From Geminicoccaceae bacterium (lineage in GTDB: Bacteria; Pseudomonadota; Alphaproteobacteria; Geminicoccales; Geminicoccaceae): a stretch of 64,000 bases of DNA. The notes beneath the pieces are model-generated. The model ran no database searches, was not told the DNA's origin, and was given only the letters and a program-made list of their open reading frames with translations. The stretch is from the NCBI GenBank assembly GCA_037446605.1, contig JBBIIE010000006.1, positions 447-64,446 on the forward strand, given 5' to 3'. The position numbers and the translations under genes are program-made. How positions within the stretch are numbered: position 1 is the first letter of the stretch; the number at the start of each line of letters is the position of its first letter. This document shows, piece by piece, positions 24,117 to 34,656 of this stretch.

Positions 24117-24818
24117 ATGGGCGGGCAGACCGATGCCTTGAAGCACGAGCACATCGTTCGCGCCTTCGACGAGGAGCTCGGGCGCCTCACCGGCGCCGTG
24201 GTCGAGATGGGGGGTCTCGCGGAGCGCCAAGTGGCGAACGCCGTGCGCGCCCTGGTCGAACGCGATGTCGAGCTCGCCGCGAGCGTGATCCAGACGGACC
24301 GAAAGGTCGACGAGCTGGAGGAGAAGATCGACCAGGATGCCGTGAGGCTCCTGGCGCTGCGCCAGCCGATGGCGATCGATCTGCGGATGATCGCGATGGC
24401 ACTCAAGATCAGCAACGATCTCGAGCGCATGAGCGACTACGCGGTCAGCATCGCCAAAAGATCGCAACGGCTTACGGAGCAGCCGGAGCTCAAGCCGCTC
24501 CAGCAGATCCGGAGGATCGGGCAGTCCTGCCTCGCGATGGTCAAGGACGTGCTCGACGCCTATGTCGACCGCGATGCCGACAAGGCGACGGCCGTCTGGA
24601 ACCGTGATCGGGAGGTCGACGAGCTGTACACGAGTCTGTTTCGTGAGCTAATCACCTATATGCTCGAAGATCCGCGCACGATAAGCACCTGCATCGATCT
24701 GCTGTTCATAGCGAAGAATCTGGAGAGGATCGCGGACCACGCGACCAACATTGCTGAGAAGATCGTGTTCATCATCTATGGCGACGAAATCAATCGGCCG
24801 AGACACAAGGTGGAGTGA
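24117..24818 (+). CDS. phoU: Phosphate signalling complex protein PhoU
   Basis: Duplicated PhoU repeats (ISNDLERMSDYA; IAKNLERIADHATNIAE). Confidence 0.95.
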   Translation: MGGQTDALKHEHIVRAFDEELGRLTGAVVEMGGLAERQVANAVRALVERDVELAASVIQTDRKVDELEEKIDQDAVRLLALRQPMAIDLRMIAMALKISNDLERMSDYAVSIAKRSQRLTEQPELKPLQQIRRIGQSCLAMVKDVLDAYVDRDADKATAVWNRDREVDELYTSLFRELITYMLEDPRTISTCIDLLFIAKNLERIADHATNIAEKIVFIIYGDEINRPRHKVE

Positions 24819-25525
24819 CGACGGTGAAGCCCCTCATCCTGATCGTCGAGGACGAGGCGGCGCTGCAGAAGCTGCTGGCATACAATCTCGAAGCCGCCGG
24901 CTTCGAGGTCGCGCAGGCCTTCGACGGTGAGGAGGCACTCACGCTCCTGGCCGAACGCACGCCGGATCTCGTCGTGATCGACTGGATGATCCCGCAGCTG
25001 TCCGGCCTGGAACTCCTGCGCCGCATCCGTCGGCGGCCCGAGCAGGCGCATCTCCCGGTCGTGATGTTGACGGCCCGGGCCGAGGAGCCGGATCGGCTGC
25101 GCGGCCTCGAGACCGGCGCCGACGACTACGTGACCAAGCCGTTCTCGCCGGCCGAGCTCGTGGCGCGCATCCGGGCGGTGCTGCGGCGCGTGCGACCGGC
25201 CTTCGCCGATCAGGTGCTGCAGTTCCAGGACCTGCGCCTCGACCTCACTGCGCACCGGGTGTTCCGCGGGATGCGCGAGATCCATCTCTCGCCCACCGAG
25301 TTCCGCCTCCTCCGACACTTCCTCGAGAACCCGGGCCGGGTGTTCAGCCGGGCGCAGCTGCTCGACCGTGTCTGGGGCGGTGAGCTCGACATCGAGCTCC
25401 GCACCGTCGACGCCACCATCCGACGCCTCCGTCGTGCGTTGAATGCCGGGGGCGAGCAGGATCTGCTGCGGACCGTTCGCGCCGAGGGCTACGCCCTCGA
25501 TCTCAAGTTCGCGCCGTCGCCCTGA
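24815..25525 (+). CDS. phoB: Phosphate regulon response regulator PhoB
   Basis: Receiver domain ILIVEDEAAL...DLVVIDWMIPQLSG...MLTAR...DDYVTKPFSP plus an OmpR-type winged helix (LSPTEFRLLRHF...RTVDATIRRLR). Confidence 0.93.
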   Translation: MTTVKPLILIVEDEAALQKLLAYNLEAAGFEVAQAFDGEEALTLLAERTPDLVVIDWMIPQLSGLELLRRIRRRPEQAHLPVVMLTARAEEPDRLRGLETGADDYVTKPFSPAELVARIRAVLRRVRPAFADQVLQFQDLRLDLTAHRVFRGMREIHLSPTEFRLLRHFLENPGRVFSRAQLLDRVWGGELDIELRTVDATIRRLRRALNAGGEQDLLRTVRAEGYALDLKFAPSP

Positions 25526-27238
25526 TCAGCGCACGCTGGGCAGTGAGGCCGCGCCGCTGGAGAGTGCCGCGACCCGTCCGAGGGCGTCATGAATCCACGC
25601 GAGTGCCGCGGAGCTCGTGCCGAGCAGTTTCGTGACGCGGCGCCAGAGCGGCTCCTCCTCGGGGATCGGCTCCAGGCGCAGCGCTGCGCCCTCGGGCAGG
25701 CCCAGGAGGGCGCGCATCTCGTCGAGGGCTTCCGGCAGTCCGCCCAGCCGATCGACGAGGCCGAGCTCGAGGGCCTGCGCTCCGGTCCACACACGCCCGC
25801 CGGCAGCAGCCTCCACGCGATCCGGCGACAGGCCCCGGCCACGAGCCACGCCGGCCTTGAACCTCTCGTAGAGACCGTCGACGATCCGGTCCAGGGTGTC
25901 GCGTGCACGCTCGTCGGCGGGCAGGTTGATCGACCAGAGGCTCGCATTCTCGCCGATGGCAATCTGGTCCCAGCGTACGCCGAGCCGCTCCCAGGCCCCG
26001 GCCAGAACCGGCTTTCCCGCGAGCACGCCGATCGAGCCGGTGAGCGTCGTCGGTTGGGCGACGAGGCGGGACGCGTCCTTGGCGACCCAATATCCACCCG
26101 AGGCCGCCTGGTTGGCCATCGAGACGACCACCGGCTTGCCCGCTTCGACGGCGCGGCGGACCTGCCGCGCGACCGTCTCGCTCGCCACCGCCGAGCCGCC
26201 GGGCGTGTCCAGCCGCAGGAGGATCCCACGGATCCTGGGTGCCTCGATCGCCCGGGCCAGGGCTTCCGCGAGGTCGTCGGCGCCGATCGTCGTCGCGAGC
26301 TCGTCGCCGCCCCGGACGATCGCTCCCGCCGCCCGGACGAACCCAATCCGCGCGACCTCCCCGTCGGCCGCAGGCGGCTGCCGGAGGTAACGCTCGACCT
26401 TCACGATCCTCGCGCCACCGCCCGCGCGTGCGAGGACCGAGGCCTCGATCTCGTCCCGGTAGGCGATCCGATCGGCGAGCCCGAGCGCCACCGCCTCCTC
26501 GGCGGGGTAGGGGCCCGCGCCGAGAAGGCGCAGGAGGTGCTCGGGATCGAGACGACGGCTGGCCGCCACCTCGCCGGCGACCGTCCGCATCAGGCTCCCG
26601 GCGAGCGACTCCATCATCTCGCGCCCGGCCGGCGTCGGTGCGCGCTCGGTGGCCGATTCGAGCGCCGTCTTGTACGCGGACCGCCGGCTCACGACCGGCT
26701 CGATGCCCAGCCGGTCGAGGAGGTCCCGAGCGTAGGGGGTCTCGAAGACCAGGCCCGTGACGCCGAGCTGACCGACGGGCTGGAGCGCCAGCTCGTCGGC
26801 TGCCGATGCGAGATAATAGCCCTCGGTTCCGGCTCCGAGCTCGCCGATGCTGTCGGCCCAGGCGACGACGAACCGCCCCTCCCCTCGAACCCGCAGCAGG
26901 GTCTCGCGCAGCTCGCGCGCGACCCCGAAGCCCTGTCGAGCGTCGCCGAGCTCCACGAGGAGGCCCGCCACGCGGGGATCACGAGCGGCCCGCTCGAGAC
27001 CGAGCACGAGATCGGTGACCGTCGGCCGCGCAGTCAGGCGGCCGACATCCAGACGAGGCGGTCCCGGGGCTTCGCCGACCGCCTCCCGGAGGTCGAGCCG
27101 GAGCACCATCCGGTCGGGGAAATCCCCCTCGTCGAGCAGTCTCGTCGCGATCCACCAACCGAGACCACCGGCCGCAGCCGCCAGGAGAAGCGCGATCAGT
27201 CCGACCGTGGCCAGGAATCCCACGAGGAGACGCCGCAT
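25526..27238 (-). CDS. sppA: Signal peptide peptidase SppA, 67K type
   Basis: From ATG 27238: N-terminal TM, two ClpP/crotonase-like halves, SMANQAASGGYWVA active-site-like segment. Upstream ORF codons look non-coding. Confidence 0.85.
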   Translation of the reverse strand: MRRLLVGFLATVGLIALLLAAAAGGLGWWIATRLLDEGDFPDRMVLRLDLREAVGEAPGPPRLDVGRLTARPTVTDLVLGLERAARDPRVAGLLVELGDARQGFGVARELRETLLRVRGEGRFVVAWADSIGELGAGTEGYYLASAADELALQPVGQLGVTGLVFETPYARDLLDRLGIEPVVSRRSAYKTALESATERAPTPAGREMMESLAGSLMRTVAGEVAASRRLDPEHLLRLLGAGPYPAEEAVALGLADRIAYRDEIEASVLARAGGGARIVKVERYLRQPPAADGEVARIGFVRAAGAIVRGGDELATTIGADDLAEALARAIEAPRIRGILLRLDTPGGSAVASETVARQVRRAVEAGKPVVVSMANQAASGGYWVAKDASRLVAQPTTLTGSIGVLAGKPVLAGAWERLGVRWDQIAIGENASLWSINLPADERARDTLDRIVDGLYERFKAGVARGRGLSPDRVEAAAGGRVWTGAQALELGLVDRLGGLPEALDEMRALLGLPEGAALRLEPIPEEEPLWRRVTKLLGTSSAALAWIHDALGRVAALSSGAASLPSVR

Positions 27239-27269
27239 GCCGCTCGCTCCGTGTCCGCGACGATTCCGC

Positions 27270-27941
27270 TCAGTCGATCTCGTACTCGGATACGATCCAC
27301 GGTTCCGCCCGCGCCGCCGCCGCCCACTCGCGCATGGGGCCCGTACCCAGGATCGCTTCCTGCCATGCGGCGGACATCGGGTCGAGCGGAACGCCATAGG
27401 TGGCGAAGCGGAAGGCCACGGGCGCGTACATGGCATCGGCGATGCTGAAGCGGCCGAGAAGGAACGGGCCTCCGGCCCCGAACCGCGTGCGCGCCTCGCG
27501 CCAGATCTCGGTGATCCGCTCGATATCGGCGAGCGCTCCGGGCTCGCGTCCCCGCCCCGGCAGCGACTTGCGCACGTTCATCGGCATGGCGCGGCGCAGG
27601 GAACCGAAGCCCGCATGCATCTCGCTGGCGATGGCCATGCAGTACGACCGTGCCTCGGGGCTGTCGGGCCAGAGTGCGGCGGCGGGTGCCAGGCGCGCGA
27701 CGTGGTCACAGATGGCGAGGCTTTCCCAGACGACGAAGCGCCCACCGGTGCTCGAATCGATCAGGATCGGCACCTGCCCCGCCGGCGAGATGGACCGGAT
27801 CCGTGCCTTCCAGTCCGGCAGTCCGAAGGGCAGCAGGAGCTCCTCGAAGGCGAGGCCGGCCATTCGCAGGGAGAGCCAGGGGCGCAGCGACCAGGACGAG
27901 TAGTTCTTGTTGCCGATGACGAGCGTCAGTGCGGGCGTCAT
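27270..27941 (-). CDS. Glutathione S-transferase family protein
   Basis: [23 protein letters not shown]...QVPILID...[11 protein letters not shown]...[11 protein letters not shown] is a GST N- and C-domain pattern. ATGA overlap with the rlmN stop. Confidence 0.85.
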   Translation of the reverse strand: MTPALTLVIGNKNYSSWSLRPWLSLRMAGLAFEELLLPFGLPDWKARIRSISPAGQVPILIDSSTGGRFVVWESLAICDHVARLAPAAALWPDSPEARSYCMAIASEMHAGFGSLRRAMPMNVRKSLPGRGREPGALADIERITEIWREARTRFGAGGPFLLGRFSIADAMYAPVAFRFATYGVPLDPMSAAWQEAILGTGPMREWAAAARAEPWIVSEYEID

Positions 27942-29089
27942 CGCGCCTCGACGGGCGCCGCACCGGCCGCCGCGAGCGATCCGATCACGGGGGCTGGAGT
28001 GTTCGTCCGAGCGCGCTCGCTCGCCGTCTTGAGCTGGCCGCACGCGGCCAGGATGTCACGGCCGCGGGGGGTACGCACCGGGCTCGCATGGCCCGCGGCC
28101 TCGACGATGCCGGCGAACGCCTTGATGCGCGCCGCGGACGAGCAGACGTAGGGAGCGCCGGGCCAGGGGTTGAAGGGGATGAGGTTGACCTTCGAAGGTA
28201 TCCCGCGGAGCAGGCGGACCAGCTCGCGGGCATCGGCGTCGCTGTCGTTGATTCCCGCGAGCATCACATATTCGAACGTGATCGGTCGTCGGGCCGGGTA
28301 CCGTCGACAGGCATCCAGGAGGGTGGCGATCGGCCATTTCCGATTGATGGGCACGAGTCTGTCGCGCAGCTCGTCACGCACGGCATGCAAGGACACCGCC
28401 AGACCGGTTCCCATCTCGCGGCCCCAATCGAGCATGCGTGGCACGACTCCGGACGTCGACAGGGTCACGCGCCTGCGCGAAAGGGCGAGCCCGTCGGGAT
28501 CGAGGGCGATCCGCAGTGCCCGGACCAGATTGTCGTAGTTGAACAGCGGTTCACCCATGCCCATCACGACGACGTTGGTCAGCCGTCGGCCCGGCCGGGC
28601 GGACGGCCAGTCACCCAAGGTGTCGCGCGCGATCAGGATCTGCCCGAGGATCTCCCCTGCATCCAGGTTGCGCACGAGCGGCATCGTCCCCGTGTGGCAG
28701 AAGCTGCAGGACAGCGTGCAGCCGACCTGGGTCGAGATGCAGAGGGCGCCGCGATCCTCCTCGGGGATGAACACCGTCTCCACCTCGCGTCCATCTGCGA
28801 GGCGGAGCAGCCACTTTCGCGTTCCGTCTTCCGAGAGCCGCTCGGCCGACACCCGCAGCCGGGCGAGATCGGCTCGTTGCCGCAGGAGCAGACGCAGGTC
28901 CTTCGGCAGCGTCGTCATGTCACCCGGCTCGCTCGCGCCCCGCGCGTAGAGCCAATGGAACAGCTGGCGGGCCCGCATCCCGCTGATCGCGGCGGACACG
29001 CCTTCGCGCTCGAGCCAAGTGGCGAGGCCGGAGCGATCGAGCCCCGTGAGCGCGGCTCTTCCGGCCGGCGGCTCAGCGTGCGCCACCAT
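27938..29089 (-). CDS. rlmN: 23S rRNA/tRNA (adenine-C2)-methyltransferase RlmN (radical SAM)
   Basis: [10 protein letters not shown]..., [18 protein letters not shown] (CxxxCxxC), [31 protein letters not shown]. Confidence 0.93.
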   Translation of the reverse strand: MVAHAEPPAGRAALTGLDRSGLATWLEREGVSAAISGMRARQLFHWLYARGASEPGDMTTLPKDLRLLLRQRADLARLRVSAERLSEDGTRKWLLRLADGREVETVFIPEEDRGALCISTQVGCTLSCSFCHTGTMPLVRNLDAGEILGQILIARDTLGDWPSARPGRRLTNVVVMGMGEPLFNYDNLVRALRIALDPDGLALSRRRVTLSTSGVVPRMLDWGREMGTGLAVSLHAVRDELRDRLVPINRKWPIATLLDACRRYPARRPITFEYVMLAGINDSDADARELVRLLRGIPSKVNLIPFNPWPGAPYVCSSAARIKAFAGIVEAAGHASPVRTPRGRDILAACGQLKTASERARTNTPAPVIGSLAAAGAAPVEAR

Positions 29090-29615
29090 GCCGGCACGCC
29101 TCCATCATGGCGCGGAGCGCCGCGCTGAAACCCGAGAGCGAGTAGGTGTCGAGCGACCAGGTCTCGCGAACCGATGTCCCGCGGACGGTCATCTGCACAC
29201 CCCGTCGCATCGCACCGATCAGCTGCTCGTCCGCCTCGCTGTTGCGGGTCCAGGCACGATCCCGCTCCGTGAACAGCTCGAACCGGGTGCCGTCGACCGT
29301 GATCTCGACCGAACTGCCCTTGCGGTAGGTGTAGCCCGGGTCGACCGACACCTCCTGGCGCGGCCGTTCGCCTCCGAACTGGGTCACGAACACGCGCGGC
29401 TGATCGCGCCGCGAGAAGGTGCCCTCCTGCTTCGAGGGAAGCGACGTGACGAAGCACACCTTGCCCGCCGGATCGTCGTGCACGTAGAGGCTCCAATCCC
29501 TGAAGCGCTCCACGAAACCGGCGGCAACCTCCCGAGTTGCGCTCAGGATCAGAAACGCCGCGAGCCAAGCTGCGCGCCGTCCGGCGGCGGACGTCCGCTG
29601 GACCGACGACCTCAT
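29073..29615 (-). CDS. Invasion-associated locus B (IalB) family periplasmic protein
   Basis: From ATG 29615: signal peptide, then [21 protein letters not shown]...[22 protein letters not shown] is IalB-like. There is a 17-nt overlap with the rlmN start. Confidence 0.75.
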   Translation of the reverse strand: MRSSVQRTSAAGRRAAWLAAFLILSATREVAAGFVERFRDWSLYVHDDPAGKVCFVTSLPSKQEGTFSRRDQPRVFVTQFGGERPRQEVSVDPGYTYRKGSSVEITVDGTRFELFTERDRAWTRNSEADEQLIGAMRRGVQMTVRGTSVRETWSLDTYSLSGFSAALRAMMEACRHGGAR

Positions 29616-29649
29616 CAGGTCGTCGCCGCCGACCCCGGTGCCGCGCCGA

Positions 29650-30204
29650 TCACGGCCGGGCACCGCCGGCCGCGCGCGCCAGCACGGGGCTTCCGTGGAC
29701 ATGAGCGGGGCGGGGCTCCACCGGACCGCCGGATCGGACCGGCCGTGCCGCGAACCTTCCATGGCAGAGCATCCGGTCGTACAGGACGATGCCGGCCGCG
29801 ACCCCGAGATTGATGCAGAACCGTGTGGGGATCCGAACCACCCAGTCGCAGCGCCGCAGCATCTCCGGTGAGAGTTCGCCGCGCTCCGGGCCGAACACGT
29901 AGGCCGCGTTCAGCGGATGGCGGAAGCTCGGCAGATCGACCGCCTCCTCGGTCAGTTCGACACCTATCAGCCGGCATCGCTCGGGGAGCGTCAGGCCGCC
30001 CGGCGTGGCGACCTCGAAGAGCGGCAGGCTGAGCTCGGCGCGCGACGTGTCGGAGATCGCTTCCCGTACGCGCCAATAGGCGTTGACGAGAAACAGGAAG
30101 CTCGCGCCGAAGGCGTGCGCCGTCCGCATCAGCGCCCCGAGATTCGCCGGCTTGCTGATGCCCTCGGCGCCGACCCCGAAATAGCCGCGTCCGTGCTCGC
30201 TCAT
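29650..30204 (-). CDS. TrmH/SpoU-family RNA 2'-O-methyltransferase
   Basis: From ATG 30204: GYFGVGAEGISKPANLGALMRTAHAFGASF...YVFGPERGELS...VRIPTRFCINLGVAAGIVLY is the SPOUT knot motif. The 175 upstream in-frame codons are Arg/Pro-rich with AGA/AGG codons and are treated as non-coding. Confidence 0.75.
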   Translation of the reverse strand: MSEHGRGYFGVGAEGISKPANLGALMRTAHAFGASFLFLVNAYWRVREAISDTSRAELSLPLFEVATPGGLTLPERCRLIGVELTEEAVDLPSFRHPLNAAYVFGPERGELSPEMLRRCDWVVRIPTRFCINLGVAAGIVLYDRMLCHGRFAARPVRSGGPVEPRPAHVHGSPVLARAAGGARP

Positions 30205-30735
30205 GCGCCCAAGGTAGGCGGCGGCCCCTTCGATCGCCAGCCCTCGCACCCGCCAGCGGCGACGTGCCGGGGCCGGACGGAGGGCCCGGTACGGCTCTCG
30301 GGAGAATTGCGGGATCCTATGGATCGCACGGTCTCGGTTCCGCAAGGAGAGGCGCGGCGAACCGCTCCCGTGACGGCTCGTGCGCTTCGGGCTCCCCTCG
30401 CGTCCGAATGGCGCGACCGCGCCCCATCCGATCACCATGCATCGCAAGGGGTGGTCGGCCCGGCCTGCCCGACCTTGCTCTCGACGCTCCCCGCGGGCCC
30501 GAGGCCACCCCGCGGGCACGAGCAGGCATTCGTCGAACGAGGCCGCCCTCTTCGGCGGATCGTGTCCAGCGCCCTCTCTCCCGATCGTCAGGACTGCAGG
30601 TCTCCGCTGCGAGCGCCCGATATCCGACCGGGGTCTCCACGCACGGGCGCCGACGCCGCTGGCGGGGGCCCAGTGCGTCCGCGGAGGCAGGGATGGGCGG
30701 CGGACGTTCGGAGCCGGCTGGTCCGGCACGGAGGC

Positions 30736-32088
30736 TCAACGCTCGGTCAACGCCCGATCCCGGGCCTTGATGATCGGCTTCAGGAGATAGTGGAGAACGG
30801 ACTTCCGGCCCGTCAGGATGTCGACCTGCGCCACCATCCCCGGGATGATCGACAGCGGCTTCTCGCTCGACCCGAGATGGCTCTGCTCGGTTCGGATCCG
30901 AACGCGATAGAAACTCTCGCCCCGCTCGTTGGCGATCGTATCGGCGCTGATATCTTCCACGTGCCCCTTGAGATCTCCGTAAATCGAATAGTCGTACGCG
31001 GTAATCTTCACCGTGGCCGGCAAGCCGGGTCGCAGAAAAGCTATGTCGGCGGGACGTAGATGTGCCTCGATCAGAAGGGTATCCTCAAGGGGGACGATTT
31101 CGAGGATGTCCTGACCTGGCTGAACAACTCCGCCAATCGTATTCAGTTTGATTTGTTTCACCGTTCCCCGAACCGGGGAACGAACCTCGGTGCGACGGAC
31201 CCGATCGGCGCCTGCCTGGACGACCTCGCGGATGCCGGCGAGTTCGGCGGACTTCTGGTTCAGCTCTTCCTGCGCTTGCGATCGGAAGCCGGTGATGGCC
31301 CGCTCCACCTTCTGGTTCGCCTCGCGAATCGCGGTCCGCAGCCGGACGATGGAGGCTCGGCTGCCCTCGACGGCGCCGCGCAGATCGTTCACCTCGCGTT
31401 GGAGCTTGATGAACACCGACTGCGACATGTCGCCGCGCCTCGCGGCCGGTTCCGCCAATCGGAGCTCGTCCCGCGCCAGCTCCAGCGATCGCTCATATTG
31501 CGCCAGCTTGGTCTCGAGTTCCCTCAGTTCCTGCTCTCTCTGCTGCGCCTGGCTCCGGAGGATCTGAACCTCGTTGTCCAGGTTCTCCTGTCGGGTGGCG
31601 AACAGTGCGAGTTCCTTTTCCGCCACCTCGCGTGCCTCGGCCATGACCTCGCTCGGGAACACGATCTTCGTATCGTCGATCTCCGCCTGCAGGCGGGCGA
31701 TCGCCGCCGACAAGGCCATGTAGCGGGCACGCTTCTCCCGGTAGTCGCTTTCGGCTCGCACGTTGTCGATGCGCAAGAGAACCTGACCCTCGTCGACCAC
31801 CTGACCTTCCCTGACCAACATGCCGGCCAGGATGCCCCCCTCCAGGTTCTGTACGACCTGGATCTGGCGGGACGGTATCACCTTGCCTTCGCCGCGCGTG
31901 ACCTCGTCGAGCAAGGCCCAGTTGGACCAGATGAGGAAGACGACGAAGAAGGCCACCACCGTGACCAGGAGCACGTGGCTCAAGCCGCTCGGGCGCAACC
32001 GCTCCGCGGCCGCGGCGCCGCGGACGAACGCAGCCAGCTCGCGATCCAGCGGCCGGATGGCGCCCCGACGGCGCAACGCCACGGCCAT
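30736..32088 (-). CDS. Type I secretion membrane-fusion (HlyD family) adaptor
   Basis: N-terminal TM (VLLVTVVAFFVVFLIW), GEGKVIPSRQIQVVQNLEGGIL barrel-sandwich start, a long coiled coil, C-terminal ITAYDYSIYG...TGRKSVLHYLLKP is typical of HlyD/LssD/LapC adaptors. Confidence 0.9.
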   Translation of the reverse strand: MAVALRRRGAIRPLDRELAAFVRGAAAAERLRPSGLSHVLLVTVVAFFVVFLIWSNWALLDEVTRGEGKVIPSRQIQVVQNLEGGILAGMLVREGQVVDEGQVLLRIDNVRAESDYREKRARYMALSAAIARLQAEIDDTKIVFPSEVMAEAREVAEKELALFATRQENLDNEVQILRSQAQQREQELRELETKLAQYERSLELARDELRLAEPAARRGDMSQSVFIKLQREVNDLRGAVEGSRASIVRLRTAIREANQKVERAITGFRSQAQEELNQKSAELAGIREVVQAGADRVRRTEVRSPVRGTVKQIKLNTIGGVVQPGQDILEIVPLEDTLLIEAHLRPADIAFLRPGLPATVKITAYDYSIYGDLKGHVEDISADTIANERGESFYRVRIRTEQSHLGSSEKPLSIIPGMVAQVDILTGRKSVLHYLLKPIIKARDRALTER

Positions 32089-34346
32089 CAGGCGTCTCCC
32101 CGGATCTGCCCGGAGGCCAGCGCCTTGAGCACCTTGTCCTTGGGGCCGTCGGCGACCACGCGCCCCCCGTCCATGACGATCAGACGGTCGACCAGTGCCA
32201 GAAGCGATGCGCGGTGCGTCACGAGGAGCACGGTTCGGTCCGTCAGCTCACGTGCGATCCGTTGCATGAAGCGGCTCTCCGCGCCGTTGTCCATGGCGCT
32301 GCTCGGCTCGTCGAGCACGAGGATCGGTGGATCGAGGAGCAGAGCCCGGGCGATCGCCACGGACTGGCGCTGACCGCCGGACAGCGACTCGCCACGCTCC
32401 CCGACGTTGAGATCGTAGCCCGCGGGGTGACGGGCGACGAAGTCCTCCACACCGGCCACCGCGGACGCCCGCAGCACGGCCGCATCGTCCGCGAAGGGGG
32501 CGCCCAGCGTGATGTTCTCGCGGATCGAGCCTTGGAACAGCACCACGTCCTGTGGAACACAGCCGATGTTGCGGCGAAGATCGGCCGGATCGATCTGTCT
32601 GATGTCGGTACCGTCGATGAGCACGGACCCCGAGTCCGGCTCGAACAGTCCGAGGACGAGCTTCTCGATGGTCGACTTGCCCGAGCCGATCCGACCGATC
32701 AGGCCGACCCGCTCGCCCGGGGCGATGCGGAACGACACATCGGCCAGGGCCGGCAGCTTCTGACCAGGGTAGGAGAAGCTCACGTTCTTGAACTCGATCG
32801 CGCCTCGGATCGTCGGCCGGTGCACGAAGATGCGCTCCGCGGGCCGTTCGACCGGCAGCCGCATGATGCCGTTCAGGGTGTCGAGCGCGGTCCTGGCCTG
32901 GTGATAGCGGGTCAGAACCGCCGCCACCTGGCCCAGCGGAGCCATGGCGCGACCCGCGAGAATGCTGCACGCGATCAGCGCGCCCGTGGTCATGCGACCG
33001 GCAGCGATCTCGTACACGCCGACGACGATGACGCCCACGTAGACCAGATTGCTGACCAGACCGGCGAAGTTCACGGTGACGGCCGACAGCAGCCGGCTCC
33101 GGTTCGCGGACTCCGCCGTCGCTCCCACGAAGCTCTCCCAGGCCCGCTGCATGCGGCCCTCGGCCCCGACACTCTTGATCGTTTCGAGGCCGTTGATCGC
33201 CTCGACGAGAACGCCGTGCTTGAGCGATGCTTCCTTGAAGGTGCGTCGGACCACGTGGTTCAGAGGGATCTGCAGGAGGAGACCGACGCCGATCACGAGC
33301 GGGATGCCGAGCAGCGGTACGACGGCCACGACACCACCGATCATCCAGATGATACCGACGAACAGGATCAGGAACGGCAGATCGACGAGACTCGTCATGG
33401 TTGCAGATGTGAAAAAGTCACGAAGCGTCTCGAACTCCCGTAGATTGTTCGCGAAGGCGCCAGCCGACCTGGGTCGCGCGGCCATCCGGATGTTCATCAC
33501 GTGCTCGAAGATGCGACTGGCCAACGTGATGTCCGCGATTTTTCCGGCAGCATCGACGAAGTATCCTCGCAGTGTCTTCAGCAAAAAATCAAACAAGAGT
33601 ACGATCATGATACCGACGGTGAGGGCCCAAAGTGTCTCGATGGCGTTGTTCGGGACGACGCGATCGTAGACGTTCATGGCGAACAGCGAGGTGGCGATGG
33701 CGAAGCAATTGATCAACGCTGCGGCAATGACGACCTCGCCGTAGATCGGCCACTGGCGAAGAATGGTCGTCCAGAACCAATGCCCGCTGCGTTCGGTCGT
33801 GAGCTCGCGCTCACGTTGGGCGAAGCCGATGGTCGGCTTCGCGAAGAAGGCGTAGCCCGAGTAGAGCTCGGCGAGCTCGCGCAGGGGGACCGTCACCGAT
33901 CCGTCGGAGGTGTCGGAGAGCAGGAGCTCGGCGTTGTCCTCGTCGTCGAACCGGACGAGGACGACGGCCCGGCGATCGCGCAGCAGCAGGACGCACGGCA
34001 GGACGAGCCGGTCGATCGCCGAGAGGGAGCGCCGCAGCAGGCGTGCGCTCAGGCCGGCGCGCTCGGCCGCCCGCGGGAACAGATCCGGGGTGAGGAGCCC
34101 GTCGACCAGCGGGAGTCCGGCCGTCAGGGCCTGCGCGGAAAGGGGGCGACCCAGGAGGCGCGTGAGTGCCACCAAGCTGCCCAGCAGGGGATCGTCCACG
34201 GATGCGTCGGCCCGTCGGATCTGCCAGTCCGGTGGGCCGAGTGGGGCGGTCACCGCACCGTCACGGGATACGGTCGCGGCCGGCCCGGCGACGGCCTCGT
34301 TGGTGAGGGCCGGGCGGGCCACGGCTGCGATGGCGCCTTCACTCAT
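32088..34346 (-). CDS. Type I secretion ABC transporter (LssB/HlyB/LapB type) with N-terminal C39-like domain
   Basis: ATG 34346 has an AAGGG RBS. The roughly 130-aa N-terminal peptidase-C39-like fold lacks the catalytic Cys/His context. Then a 6-TM domain (YDRVVPNNAIETLW...) and an NBD with GRIGSGKST, LSGGQRQSVAIARAL, LVLDEP. ATGA overlap with the HlyD gene. Confidence 0.9.
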   Translation of the reverse strand: MSEGAIAAVARPALTNEAVAGPAATVSRDGAVTAPLGPPDWQIRRADASVDDPLLGSLVALTRLLGRPLSAQALTAGLPLVDGLLTPDLFPRAAERAGLSARLLRRSLSAIDRLVLPCVLLLRDRRAVVLVRFDDEDNAELLLSDTSDGSVTVPLRELAELYSGYAFFAKPTIGFAQRERELTTERSGHWFWTTILRQWPIYGEVVIAAALINCFAIATSLFAMNVYDRVVPNNAIETLWALTVGIMIVLLFDFLLKTLRGYFVDAAGKIADITLASRIFEHVMNIRMAARPRSAGAFANNLREFETLRDFFTSATMTSLVDLPFLILFVGIIWMIGGVVAVVPLLGIPLVIGVGLLLQIPLNHVVRRTFKEASLKHGVLVEAINGLETIKSVGAEGRMQRAWESFVGATAESANRSRLLSAVTVNFAGLVSNLVYVGVIVVGVYEIAAGRMTTGALIACSILAGRAMAPLGQVAAVLTRYHQARTALDTLNGIMRLPVERPAERIFVHRPTIRGAIEFKNVSFSYPGQKLPALADVSFRIAPGERVGLIGRIGSGKSTIEKLVLGLFEPDSGSVLIDGTDIRQIDPADLRRNIGCVPQDVVLFQGSIRENITLGAPFADDAAVLRASAVAGVEDFVARHPAGYDLNVGERGESLSGGQRQSVAIARALLLDPPILVLDEPSSAMDNGAESRFMQRIARELTDRTVLLVTHRASLLALVDRLIVMDGGRVVADGPKDKVLKALASGQIRGDA

Positions 34347-34656
34347 TCCAACCCTTCCCGACCTCGACGCCCGCCGAGGATGCACGAGTCCCGTCGCACG
34401 TTATGTGGTTTTGTGAGCACAGACCACACCCTCGAGCGTACCGTCGCATCTTCGTCTCCGCCCGCCAACGGGCCGTGAACTCCCGCGCGTGAGCTTCCCC
34501 GGCAAGCACTTGCAGTCCGACCAAGGGGTTGACGGCGCGACCCCGGTCGGCGCCCTCGCCGTTGACGCATCCTCGGGCCCGCACTATCACGCCCAAAAGT
34601 TAACGTAGCATCTACAAAGGCTTCGGTGGGACCTCAAGCATCCGGGTTAAAGAACG

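Noticed and set aside
30596-30605. On the minus strand, GGAGACCTGC resembles part of the B12-box of cobalamin riboswitches.
   Set aside because: The other conserved riboswitch elements (GGTG-AA-TCC type core, the conserved GCCACTG segment) are not present upstream. The downstream gene, an RNA methyltransferase, is not a plausible B12-regulated target.
30205-30729. A 175-codon in-frame N-terminal extension of the TrmH-like gene (track ORF 29650-30729).
   Set aside because: SPOUT methyltransferases of this type begin near the GYFGVG segment. The extension is Arg/Pro-rich, uses AGA/AGG codons that are rare elsewhere in the window, and has no domain-like pattern.
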